From the NCBI GenBank assembly GCA_951406725.2, contig OX597815.1, forward strand, positions 78,058,001 to 78,122,000: a stretch of 64,000 nucleotides of DNA. The letters are read 5' to 3'. Origin of the DNA: Octopus vulgaris (lineage: Eukaryota). The position numbers and the translations under genes are program-made. How positions within the stretch are numbered: the stretch's first letter is position 1; every line of letters begins with the position of its first letter. Below are positions 40,736-53,582 of this stretch, in pieces. Below the pieces are notes generated by a model. That model was not told the origin of the DNA, ran no database searches, and was given only the letters and a program-made list of their open reading frames with translations.

Positions 40736-41043
40736 ACTCGAACCCAGAACCAGGCGTTTGTTAAGTGAACTTCTTAACGAACAGCCATACTTGCACCAGT
40801 TCAACTTTTCACCAAAATGTAGATTTACCGGATATAAGGCTGTAAAAATTCCACAATACTTCAATCTCTTTACAGCTGCGACCGGAAATATTCCTAAACC
40901 GAAGAGGATATGTTGAGGCTTTAAACACATCCGTTACAAAGTTTACGAAAAGGAAATCGATATTTTCTCTCCTTTTAATATCGTGAAAAACCCAATCATT
41001 TGGCTGATTGATGAATGACTAACATCTAAGTGCCATTACTAAA
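40736..41043 (+). pseudogene. exon-like segment 1 of a possible decayed plus-strand gene
   Basis: ttgtag| ... |gtaagt, 308 nt. Protein-like frame LEPRTRRLLSELLNEQPYLHQFNFSPKCRFTGYKAVKIPQYF... with 3 in-frame stops; ends in phase 1. Confidence 0.4.
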
Positions 41044-41613
41044 GTAAGTTTATAAATAGTATTCGAATAGAGGGCGGTACGTTGGATATATTAGGATACT
41101 ACAACGGAGATTTTAATTCACAAATCTATCTATTATTAGGAGTGGATATATCGGGAAACTTACAATAGAGTTTATATTTCACAAATATGCGTATTAATAT
41201 CCGAATGTAGGGCGGTCGTTTGGCAGAATCGTTAAAGTATCGAGAAAAAATAAACTGCAGTGCTATATTTGTTCCGGCTATTTGCGTTGAGTCCAAATGT
41301 CGCTCGGGTCATCTTTGCCTTTCAACTTTTCAGGGTTGATAAAATATACTAAACAGGTACTGGGTTCAATGGAGTCGATTAACCCTCAATTCAAAATTTC
41401 CGGCCTTGCACCTGTACTAGAAACAATTATTAGTATTCGAATATCCACTTGGTCAAATCTTTTAATCCAACTGGGATTGATTAAATTAAGTACCAGTCAC
41501 GTACTGTACTGAGATTGATCTATCGACAATTCCCGTAATTGTTAGAGCAGTAGATAGAACTATTTGAATATCGGACAAAAAGTCCGTGATCTTTTTTTAC
41601 TTTCTTTCTTTAG

Positions 41614-41774
41614 AGATCGAGAATATGAACTACTACCCAAAGACTAGTTTCGATATCCTCATTCGTACACATGCCTGTCGCCAGACTCTGAAGCCTGGAG
41701 GTGCTTCAGAATATTCTGGGTGGGCACTAATTCGTAATGAGCCTAAAGTGGAGTTTCGAAATAAGTGTATCACC
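41614..41774 (+). pseudogene. exon-like segment 2 (open frame)
   Basis: Strong pyrimidine tract plus ttag| and |gtgagt, phase 1/0. IENMNYYPKTSFDILIRTHACRQTLKPGGASEYSGWALIRNEPKVEFRNKCIT. Confidence 0.5.
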
Positions 41775-42620
41775 GTGAGTCTGAGGGTGCACTATTGAAT
41801 AGTGAGGGAGCAGTGCCGTCAGTGCACCCTCTTAGCGACGGGCATGATTGTACACATCTTTTAAATTTGTTGCCTTGAGTTAATGTTAGAAATGAAAGAA
41901 TGGCGAGTGGCAGATGCGGAAAAGCAAGAGAGTTCAGTGATGCAATTACTGAGTTATGTTCCTTTATATTCCTTGTAGGGGTCAACTTTGCCTTTCAACA
42001 TTCCAGTCAAATACTAGATCAGTTTAATAGATTAACACCCATGCGCAGAATTTATGGTCTTGTGCCTGTTAGGAAATCAATATCAAGCACAACAGGTAGA
42101 AGAATTACTAGAACAAAGTGCAATATCTTCATACATCCACATATGCAAGGACATAACTAGAGGTAACTGTGAAATAGCTTTAGATACAGTACTTTGATAT
42201 TGCAGTAATTTGATATTGTAAATTTGACTTTTGCAGCCTTAAATCTGATAAATCTAAAATTTAAATTTATCAGTTCTAAAACGTTTGCTCAGATACTGTG
42301 CAAAGTGTTGGTATTGGGTAGGATATTCTTATAAACTTATGTGGCACATTAAGATTATTCTTAGTAAACAGAGATTGTCTTTATTTTAGGAAGGGACAAT
42401 CTAGTCATAATATTCTGTGCGATTCCATCAATTATTGCAAAATTAATAGACAAAATTATTTTCTGTTTGTGTTATGTTTTCAAATACTAAGATATTCTCA
42501 AACATATCGGGTTTTAACAGAATTAAGCATCAAAATGAGATACATTTGCTCTTGGTACGCAATATTCCAAAATCATACTGTTGTACAAAGTTAGCCTGTC
42601 GATTTATTTTCGTAAAATAG

Positions 42621-42904
42621 TTAACACAAAGCGCGACGGGCCACGATCGTGGCCCAGATAGATGCATTTAATTTATGGGCGCTTATTGGGGTCTAACGTC
42701 ACTCAAACGCTCCGATACCGCCCAGAATGCAAGAGGATTAATAGTTCAACAAATGACTTTCAAATGATGTAAACCTTGCCACCCTTATACTAAGATATTT
42801 TAACTATTTTTTATTTTTCATGTGCGCGTGGTAGTCTCATTTTCATAAAATGTGCTCAACAGTCCATGCTTTGTAAGTGCAAATCCCAGCGCTTTATGGG
42901 TTAA
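42621..42904. mobile_element. piggyBac-like MITE
   Basis: TTAA at both ends; imperfect TIRs cacaaagcgc and gcgctttatggg. Confidence 0.45.
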
Positions 42905-42937
42905 TCCTTTACTCTGAAAACAAAATGTCTTCTAAAG

Positions 42938-43356
42938 GTTTATCATAAACAGCTAACTACAAGAAACTTCGTAGGAGTTACATAGTTCAGAGAAGCGCAA
43001 GGCTTTCTATTTAACACGCTAGGAAAATACATCTTGCTCAAACGGCCCCATGAAACTGAGGAAAATGTACAACCGATCTCGACAGGAGCCAACAAGAAAA
43101 AAAAACAGAGCGACTTAATATCTGCAGCCAAATATCTACCTACTGTCTTATAAAAGATGTATGGCTATCACAGCTGGAATGTATATGACCAAAGTCCCCC
43201 AAATCATAACTGTCTTATTAAGAGTAAAACTGGAATAAGCTTTAATAGACAGACAGAGCAGATTGTCTAACGAATCATAAGAATCATACAAGAAACCTAT
43301 ATTGCAGCTAATACAGAAAATTTTGGAAATTTTCTTATGGAAAAACATATTTAAGG
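42938..43356 (+). pseudogene. exon-like segment 3
   Basis: ctaaag| ... |gtaaac, phase 0 start. 139 codons with 4 stops (VYHKQLTTRNFVGVT*FREAQGFLFNTLGKYILLKRPH...). The acceptor is weak. Confidence 0.3.
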
Positions 43357-43764
43357 GTAAACTAAAATACTTAACAGTGTGAACTAAGAATATTTCAAAT
43401 TACAGGAATTTAAATCAGGAAAATGAAAAAAAAAAATTTTCGCGTAAATTAACAAGTCTTGTTATCAATTTAGTAAACAATAGTTAAAAAAGTTTTACTT
43501 GTTTCAGTCACTGGCCTACGGCCATGCAAAGGCACTGCGTGATCCCAGTACTAATTTTGAAGTATGGCACTTATTTTAATGGTCTCTTTTGATGAACCGC
43601 TACGTTACAGAGACACAAACAAGCCAACACTGATTTCAAGCGGTGTGTGTGTGAGGCAAATCAAAAATAAAAATAAAAACAGGAAAAGCAACAAAAGTCA
43701 AAAGGACGTACACAGTGAATATATTAGATTGATGCTCAGAAAAATTTGATAAAAAGAGGGTGTA

Positions 43765-43796
43765 TGACGTTTCGAGCATAACTCCTCATCAGAAAG
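43765..43796 (-). ncRNA. minimal hammerhead-like motif
   Basis: CUGAUGA-G-GAG-UUAUG-CUC-GAA-ACGU-C; stem I pairs poorly. Confidence 0.4.
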
Positions 43797-45706
43797 AGCA
43801 AAAAGTCCTGAGAGAAGAAAAAGAGCAATCCGAGAAAAGCACGAGTGTCATCTGAGAGAAAACACTTGTCCAAGGTGCCACAGTGGAACTGAACCCGAAA
43901 CATATGTGGAACCACATAGCCATGCCTACGCCTATATTAATATTTTTTAAATCCTTTTTCTCCAGCTTTTGTTGCTTTAGTGGCTTAAACAATAAAGAAA
44001 CGACAAAAGAAATTATCATCTCTGAAACGAATAACAAAATATCAGTTACAACGTGAAAGAATTTACAAGGAAAGATAAATTACCTGTTAAATTAATCCAT
44101 GTTTCTTATAAATTCCTCTCGATCAGTGAATGTAAGCCCAGCCTAAGTGTTTTACGGCCAATCTTAATATACCGTATGATCATATCTAATTTACAATTTA
44201 CCACTCGTTCCAGTTAGCAGCCAATAAAATCATCATAGGCAGGAAAATAATATAAATTTGAAAACGAAGCAATTGTTATTGTATAGAAGTAAAACGCAAC
44301 AAACGTTGTCTGTATTAATAATAATCATCGATCGGCTTTCAAACGTCAAACATGTCGGAAATGTGGTGAAAAAGATTTGAAAGGTTCAAACAATTTCATT
44401 TTTATTTCTTTTTAACTTGATTATTATTATCGTTTGTCAAAAGCTGTTGGTGAAGCAAGAACACTGCTTGTAAATTGATAGGTCATGTTTTTCATTTCGT
44501 ATTTTTATTTAACTTTTTACTTTGTCCTGCTTACTGTCTACCTTACGGCCTCATGCCTCGCTTAGAAACCACTTTTTCAAAGAGTTATTAAATTCACCGC
44601 GCTAAAAATATATAAACTCACTAAAAATATAATTAAAACTAACTTTTATTTATTTATTCTTTTTTGATACTTAGTAAATAACAACTTATCCACTACCGTA
44701 CAAGATAAATATAGCAGATGTTAAAACTGAAATAGCAATATTTTTTCGCCGAGCTTATTGTTATAATTATAATGATACCCATTGTCTGATATCCCATTCA
44801 ATTGGTGATAGAAATTTGCTGCTGAAAACAATACAATTCAACAACAGATTTATAAACCAACGAAGAGGCCTCTAATTGGGCCACTCGACCTGCTAAAAAT
44901 AGCAGCACAACGGCTTTTAATTAAGGCACCAAATCAGTAGTTGTGAGAGGAAGGGGTAAGGCGGTAATAACATCGATCCCAGTCTACTTAAATTTCTTTA
45001 TTTTATCGACTCCGAAATGAAATGCAAAGTTGACCTCGGCAGGATTTGAACTCAGTAAGTTGGTAATACCGCAGGGCATTTTGTCCGACATACAAGCGAT
45101 TCCGCCAATCCGCTGGGGCGGGACAAGTTTAATAAATGAGATCCTAGATATACTATGTGTTAAAGACAGGAGAGTCACAGTTGGAACGGCACTGATCAGA
45201 ATTCTAAATTATGTTTAGACAGCAGCTTCAAGTATAATTTAAACCCTGTCATCTTGTTCAAATAGAAGCTTTGATCAAAAACGTAAAAAACGGATGCGTG
45301 TGGTGAGGAAGATTTACGCTGCTCTTTCCAGCAGGTTCACTTATCACGTATAAGCTCCCTTGTTGACATAAACGACGTCATTGATAGTTATAAATATTTA
45401 AAGTAATCTACTAATATTATTCAATCATTTACTTCTGTAGTCACTGGATTTTTCGGCCCTTTAACAGAATCGCTCTTATCCGATGTTAAAACTAAGACAA
45501 CTGTGAACGTACAGAGATGGTTATTTAAAAGAATCTCGAAGCAATGCCACAAATATTTTCTCTCTCGTCTCCTTAATTTAATGTGCGCGCGCGCGACCGC
45601 TTATTCACGAAGTGATTAATTCAATGGAACATGATTAGGTCACTTAGAATGAAGAATACAAAGCAAAAAGTCTGAGTCAAGACATCTAATCAATAATCTT
45701 GAGTCC

Positions 45707-46348
45707 GGGCTGGCAGAATCGTTAGCGCCTCAGACAAAATGCATAGCGGCATTTCTTCGTTCTCAGTTCAAATGCCGCCGGTGTCGAATTTGCCTTTCAT
45801 CCTTCCGGAGCCGATAAAATAAAGTATCAATCAAATACTGGGGAGAGGGATCGATTTAATCAGCTGGTTCCCTCTCCCTAAAAAATTACTGGCCTTATGC
45901 CAAATTTTATAAACAATTCTTATTAAGGCAGTGAGGTAGCAAAACCGTTAGGTAGTCGGACCAAAAGTTTAGAAGAATTTCTTTTGGTTGTTTACTTTCG
46001 GAGTTCAAAGACCACTGAGATCAACATTGTTTTCCACCCTTTTAGGGTTGATAATATACCAGTCAAATACTGGGATCGCTGTAATTGACTAACTCCTCAC
46101 CCTATAACTGCTTACCTTGAGCCAATATTTTAAAGATTATTATTATTGGTAAGGCGGTGAGCTGGCAGAATCGTTAGCACGCCGAGCTTCTACGTTCCGA
46201 GTTCAAATTCCACCGGAGTCGACTTTGCTTTTTATCCTTTCGGGGTCGATTAAATAAATACCTGTTACGCACTGGGAATCGATGTAATCGACTTTATCCC
46301 TTCCCCCAAATTTAAGTCCTTATCTCTCCAGTACAAAGGATCATTATT
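45707..46348 (+). mobile_element. head-to-tail array of three SINE copies
   Basis: Heads at about 45707, 45925 and 46151 (about 220-bp period), separated by (tta)n. Confidence 0.8.
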
Positions 46349-48881
46349 AGAGGTGGCTTGGCCTAGTGGTTAGGGTGTTGCACTCACGACCTAGCGATCG
46401 TAATTTCAATTCCTAGACCGGGTGGTGTGTTGTGTTTTTTGAGCAAAACACTTTGTCTAACGTTACTCTGCGATCACTCCGACACCTGACGCGTGGAATA
46501 CCGCGCACCTGTTCAGACAACGTCGATTTGATGGAGCGAGTGAGCTAATGTGCAACACGAACATTTTATCGTGCAGATCGGCCGGCAAAAGCCGAGCGCT
46601 CGTACGTCGTCTTCGACGGGAGAGTCCATTATTATTATTGCTATAAAATGATAATAAAGCAATGAAAGGCACAATGGCCACAATAATTCTACTGTGATGC
46701 AATTGTCCACGATACCAAATGAAACCACTTGTCAAACAGGTGCAACACAAGAATTATTTGTATTCATCTGCAGAGACTGCAATTATCACACATCCAATAG
46801 TTATTAGCTGGCATAAAATATACATAATTTGTATTATATTATCAAAGTGTTCACTAATTTACATAGGAACCAGGTCGTGAATTTAGTGGGAGGCAATAAC
46901 CAATTAGCGAAAGCCCGTGATCTCGTTATCAGTGTATTGGACTCACGATAGTAAGATCGTCGTTTCGATTTCCGGCCCGGGCGGTGTTATGTGATGTGTT
47001 CTTGAGCAAAACACTTCATTTCATGTTGCCCTAGTTCATTCAGATGTAAATGAGTGACCCTGCGACGAACTGGCGTCCCGTTGGAGAGAAATGTTGTTAT
47101 CTCGGTCACTTACACGCCGTGGAAACCGAGTAACCCGGTTCTATGAGCTCTAATACTTGAGACAGATTTTTGTTCTCAAGTGGCAACCTATTTCCTATCT
47201 GCTTACCCCTAGTAAATATGAAAAATGATTAACATTTCCTTCAAACTTTGCTTTTGTTACTTTTATTAAAACCTCAAAAAATCCATCTCAACACATAACT
47301 ATAATGCTCCCCCACTACTCCTGCTCATATTGTCAGTCACTAAGGGACATGCTCAAGTGGTTAAGGTCAAGCAACTGACAAGTAAATCTGTGGTATTGAG
47401 CAGAATATTTGCTATAACGATATTTCTGCTTCAGCAACTTAGCGCTGAATGTCTGAAATGTAATGGAAAATAGGTCAGTTTCAAAACATTGTTTGAAGAG
47501 AATAGTACTCAATTCCTTTGATTTCTAGATAGAAGCAAATAGGAAATAACACTGACCATAAATAAAAAAAAAATTGTCAGTGTAATCAATTATATCCTTC
47601 CTCAGTAATGAGCAGCTACTTTATCAATCGCTGAAAGTAAAGTTTATGATCTCAGCAAGATTTGAACTCGGAACGTATTAAAAGAGCCGTAACTAAATAC
47701 ACTGCAAATTATTTTGTTCGACGGTCTTCCGATTCCGCTGTCGCAATGAAGTGGCAAGTAGTAGTTGTGTGCTCTTCAGAGATCGATAAAATAAATACTG
47801 CTAATTGTGTCAATTTAGTTGACCACACCTCTTCCTTTTCAATATTGATACACTTCTGTCAACGTGAAAGATCAATATTTGATGGATTTAAAATGTGTAA
47901 TAGGAGAACATGTTGGCAACAAAGTAGAAGATTCGATTTATTTCAATGTTCTACCTTTTACTGGTTTCAGTTACTGGACTGTGGCCATGCTGGAGCACTA
48001 CTTTGAAGGATTTTAGTTGAACAAATCAATCTTAATACGTTTTCTATTTTTTTTTTTGTGAGTGGTACTTATTCTCTCGGTCTCTTTTGCCGAACCACTA
48101 AGTTACGGAGAGCGTAAAGAAACCAGCACTGTCGTCAAGTTGTGTAGCACACAATGGGTTTCTTTCAGTTTTCGTCAACTATATTCACTCATAAGGAATT
48201 GGTCGGTGCGAGATATAGAAGACACCTGCCCAAGGTGCCACGATGAGGAACTGAACCCAAGACCATGTGGTTGGAAAGCAAACTTCTTAACACACAGCCT
48301 TACAATATTTTATTTTTTTTATATACCTTTTATCCAATGTACATGATTCACTTCAAGGGACTTCCGAGGCTCGGGGAAAAAGATATAAGCCCGAATGCTT
48401 GCAATAGAGTGAACTCTGTTGAAAGTATCCAAAGGGTACTTTCAAATGGTGGTGTGGAACCAGGTAATGGATTAAGTCTATCACCCAAGAAGGACATGGC
48501 GAGATTTGAACTTAGAGTATAAAGAACTAGTAGAAATGCCCCAAGGTCTACGGTCCGACGTTCTTACAGTTTTGCTAATCCATCGCCCTGAATTGGTACT
48601 ATTTTTTATCGGTCCCGAGAAGATGAAAGGCAAAGTTGATCTCGGCGGGATTTGAACTCAGAACGCCAAATGTTTAAACAAATACTTTCATATGATCATA
48701 TAAGTTATTGCTGACAACCATTATTGGTGTGGCTGTGTGGTAAGAAGTTTGCTCCCCAACCACTATGTGACTTGGGCAAGTGTCTGCTTCTATAGCTTCA
48801 GGCCGAACAAAGCCGTCCACCAAATCCGAGTGGATTTGGTGAACGGAAACTCAAAGAAGCCCGTCATTATATACATATTAA

Positions 48882-49072
48882 ATATATTGAATGAAAAAGG
48901 ACAACAAAAACCAAGGCAGGACGAGTATCTAAAGTCATTTAGAATATTTAGAGTAAGGTGAATTTGAGGTAATTAATTAACTAATTAATTAATTACCTCA
49001 AATTCTAAATATTCTAAATGACTTGAGATACTCGTCCTGCCTTGGTTTTGTTTGTCCTTTTCCTCCAATATA
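48882..49072. repeat. about 190-bp palindrome inserted in the TA tract of a SINE
   Basis: aaaaccaaggcaggacgagtatct... and ...agatactcgtcctgccttggtttt, with centre taattaattaactaattaatta. Confidence 0.88.
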
Positions 49073-51631
49073 TACAAGCTAACCTAGCTCCAGCCTCAGC
49101 TGTGAACTTGGAATCTAACGGATGACCAATTGAAGTACTTACACAGCGTACCTATTCGTTTAGATCACCAATAAACTAAACCCCTCATATTTTTACATGA
49201 GAGTGTGCGTGCGTTTGACCTCCACCAACGCTTGACAACCGGTGTTGGTTTGTAAACGTCTTTGTAAATTACCTTTTCGGCAAAATAGACAGAATAAGCA
49301 CCAAGTTTTAAAAAATAAAAACCCAGGTCGATTCGTTCGGTTAAAAACTCTTTAAGGCGGTACCCCAGCATGGCCGCAGTCGAATGACAAATTTAAAAAA
49401 TAAAAGATACATGATTATATACAAGAAAGTGTCAACGTGATCGCTCGACCTGCTAGAAATACCAGCCAAATCGCCCTTAAATTACAGTTTCAAAAGAGAC
49501 ATACACACACATTTGCCAATGTAGTTCTAGCTATATGATGCCTGGAAAACTAACGAGTTGCCGTAAGTGGAATATACCGTTGATTTTCGATAAGCTCAAT
49601 AAGAGCCAACCTGGGGCTAAACAACAGCCAGACGAATTAAATTTAACAAAGAAATATTATACGAGTAATTAGATTTAACAATACGATTAATTAAATTTCA
49701 CAAAGAAATACAATCTGATTGAAATTATGAACAAAAACTATTTCAAATTTTACGAAAGTTATTTGCATCCCAGACATATCTTCAAGACACAAACATTAAC
49801 TTCTATGAACAGACAATCTTTACTGTAACGATATAGGAAATTTTCCCAGGGATACCATCTGCAAAATACATAGTTAAGTGAAGGATAAAATAATAATGCT
49901 GGTTCAATTAAAATTGTACCCAAAATACAAATTGATACGAGATTGTCTTCCATCTATGATTCAAAACCGACCAGTCGAAATCTTTATACAGATCCTGTAA
50001 ACAATGCTTATTTATAAAGATCTAGGACGTCAAAGATAAGAATTTCTTAGATGGGTTATATATATGGTCATCTTACCTGTTAAAAATAGTCAAATCTCCC
50101 TTAAATGACACTGGATAATTTAGTTTGACATACTCCTAAAAAAGGCGTGTTGACCTGGAATACCGTTGATCACGGGTCTGTTCAGCCGGGTCTGAATTGC
50201 AACTGATCACCATCTGACAGAGGTTCACCATCATCGTTTAACGGCCGTTTTTTATGCTGGAATGGGTAGGACGATTTGACAGGAACCGACGAGCCAAAGA
50301 ACCGCTCCAAACTATGTTAGCTTTGGCACGGTTTCTACAGCAGGATACTCTTCATAACGCATTCTACTTCATAACACGCATACTAGGTGCTTCTCATGTG
50401 GTACCGGCGCAAGTGAGATCACCAAGTAACTCGCAAGAAAAGACCACGCAACTGAGAAGAGATGCAGTATTGAGTGAGATAGCTTTGTGCCAGGTGATGA
50501 GAGGTTAAATTATAATAAAGAGACAGGTGCCTTGCAGTAGAGGAGATACACGGCTACCCCAGTTGGGAGAGGAAATATGGTGAAACGGTATCAGAGCGTA
50601 CCCGCAAGCTACATAAAGGTGAACATCACAAATTTGTAGTTGAGAAAGATTTAGTCGATTGACCCCATAACATTACTGGTACACAGTAATATAGTTTATA
50701 TATTTGATTATGACAGTTTCTTTGACAAAATAACACGGAATAAACCAAAGAAGAGCACGAAATACTGACAGAAATATATTATTCTTTTGCTGGTTCCATT
50801 AATTGAACGGCGGCTATGCTGGAGCACCGTCTTAAAGAGTTTTAGTTAATTATATCGGACTCAGTATTTGCAATTAATTCATGTATCTATACTCTAACGA
50901 ATATCTAACCCACATTTTTGTTGTTTTTTTTTCTTTTCACTTAACACCGGTTTTTCACCAGTAAACATAAAAATGTTCTTTATTCAACGTTTAACTATCA
51001 ATGAAGAAGGCGGAGGCAGTCCTGGGCAAGGTCTTTCATGAAAGAGCCTCAAATGCCTGTGCATGCAAGTCTTCTCTTACCACACCACCGACTTTGTCTA
51101 TATATAGGAGTGGCCAGCGGTTGATATAATTTGGCACAAAGGTCATCAAAGGTCAGGCGTTGCCTTAAAAAATGTAAAGAGCCGAAATAGATATTGCAGG
51201 GTAATCTGTTTCACGCTCTTACAAATTTCGTTAATTTATTGTCCGCCTTCGGATAGGTGATACTTTATCTCTTGACTGAAAGGAAAAATACAGCAAACTG
51301 ATATGGGACGAGATTTGAATTAATATCGACAGAAAACCAAAACAAATACAATAATGCATTCTATCTGATATTCTTATAACACAGCCGATCCGCTGCCTTT
51401 ATACAAAATATCATTATCATCGTTTTAACGTCCATATTTCCATGTTTGCATGGATCAGGTGGAGTTAATTGAGGTTGATATTCTAAAGCCAGATGATTTC
51501 TTGCTGCAACCCTCACCGGTTTCCACACAAGAAAATATTTATCTAGGTCGAACATGGTTTTAAAGAAGAATGGAAAAGAATGACACTGATTATATGACGG
51601 TGACATTCGTTTACAAGTATCGCACGATGTC

Positions 51632-51662
<31 letters not shown>

Positions 51663-52679
51663 GACAGCATACTTGCTTGAGATTTCGAAGCCAGGTAAAT
51701 GGAAAGTAAATTTCTTCACCACACAACCACGGCTGTAACCTTAATCTTATACATAACTGTCAAATTAAGTTTTTATCTTTATTTAATTTCCTTGTTACGT
51801 TTCAGATATAAAGTATGTTAGAATGGCAGCTGTCTAAATAATAATCACTGAATACGATGAAAGACTGCTTTCACTATAACTACAATAGTTAAAACTACAA
51901 GTACGCCAGAGTCGCAATGTCATAACCTTTTGTGCTTTAGAATTGTTTTGAATTAAAAGGATTTTTTCTTCTTTTTTCTTTCTTTCATTTGGCGTCAATT
52001 TCGAGGTCATTTTAACTTCTGCTTGAGTGAATTCAATTTGAAAAGTAAATCCGTTATAGTTTAAAATCCTGCTTTAATTCAATTTTATTATTATATACAG
52101 AAAGAGCTTTCGAAAATATGCATACTATATATATATGTGTGTGTGTGTGTAATGTTTTAAAAGTGAGCTTGAATCTTGCTTGCAATGTTACCCAGCCAAA
52201 TTGGCGAATAACTGGAAAATACTATGAATTAAGTAGACAATATTTTTGCTTTTTTTAAAAATTATTTTCAAGTGAATACCAATGCAAATATTTGGGGGTG
52301 GGGGAGCATTTAAAAAATATATTCTAAAGTGAAAATGATTTCAAAAATACGGTAAATGTTTTGCAAAAGACCCGTTTGTAACCTCGGTGTGAAATAATTT
52401 GTTTCCATAGGTTTTTTTCGAGTGCATTCAACGTATCTCACCCTCAAAGATTTGGCTGCTATTTCTAGCACACCCTGAAACCACGTAACAACCATTTGCG
52501 ATAAAGGACCCGAAGCACCTGTTACGTGGTAGCAGGATATGCAAAGAATAGCAACCAAATCTTTCTTTTTCTGGGGAAAGGACCCGTTTGCGCGTGATTT
52601 CGATGTTACATTTGTTGAAAGCATGCGAAATAACATGGAAAAGAAAAAAATTCCCACGAAACAAAACTCCATTACTGGG

Positions 52680-52724
52680 AAACTCAGACTTTCTCGGTGA
52701 CTCAACGGGTCACGAGTAGTCTAG
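52680..52724 (+). mobile_element. Helitron-type 3' terminus
   Basis: Hairpin GTGACTC-AAC-GGGTCAC followed by CTAG|T. Confidence 0.65.
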
Positions 52725-52971
52725 TATTTATATATAATGAAATGCTAGGTCGACCTCAGTGGGATTAGAACGTAAATGTATGCTGGTAAATATAGCAAAG
52801 TTGTATAAGTATAAAAAGAAAAACTTTTTTTGGCCAGTTTTGCTACTGTGCTATATTTAGTAGCATACGTTTACGTTCTATTTACACTGAGGTCGGCCTG
52901 GCCTTTCATTCTTCTGAAGATCGATAAGATATGGACCAGCTAAGTATTGGAAGTTGATTTTAATGGACCAT

Positions 52972-53120
52972 AACAGTGGTTTCCAACCTTTTCACTACCA
53001 AGGACCACTTTTATGTGAATGAGTTTACCCACGGACTCCAGGATATTGAAAGGTCTGTCAGCTTAACATGTTCACGGACCCCCCAGTGCTACCTTTGCGG
53101 ACCGCAGACTGAGAACCACT
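52972..53120. mobile_element. hAT-like MITE inside a SINE
   Basis: Termini cagtggtttccaacc and ctgagaaccacta; TSD unclear. Confidence 0.45.
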
Positions 53121-53582
53121 AGACTAAACCTTTCTTCCAAATTTGGGGTTTATTGCTATAAATCATTAAAACGTAGCAGGAGAAGCATAATCTATCTTTA
53201 TGAAAAAGAACTATTTCTCCCCCCCACACACACACACTTTTGCCCTAACAACTTTGCTACTGTATTGTACAGTCAATATGTACATTCATTAAAAACAGAT
53301 TGTCTGTACATAACTTGAATTTCTCTTAAAATTACTATTTTTTTATTTATTTTTTTTTAGAAAAAATTACCAAGGTGTTCATTCGATAGCAGTGGGTTGA
53401 GAAGGAAGCTTCTTACCACACAGTCACGTCTCTGTTCGTTGCCATTACATTGAGTTCCATCCATGATTATTGAGACTATTGTAGGATATGATCTCCTGCT
53501 TACATTGCAAAATCCTCGGATTTTCTTTCAAAGTATCTTAGAAAAATCACAAGTTGAAAGTTTGGTGTAGTATATATAAATA

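Noticed and set aside
40911-41043. In-frame stops read as selenocysteine or rescued by A-to-I editing to Trp
   Set aside because: Any stop can formally be edited to Trp, several are TAA/TAG, and I see no SECIS. Pseudogenisation or non-coding status is simpler.
45707-46348. CRISPR-like periodic array
   Set aside because: Units are about 220-bp SINEs in eukaryotic DNA, with no repeat-spacer structure and no cas genes.
49759-49953. 64-aa hydrophobic ORF with an internal acceptor-like site
   Set aside because: No recognisable homology and no convincing phase-compatible partner exons.
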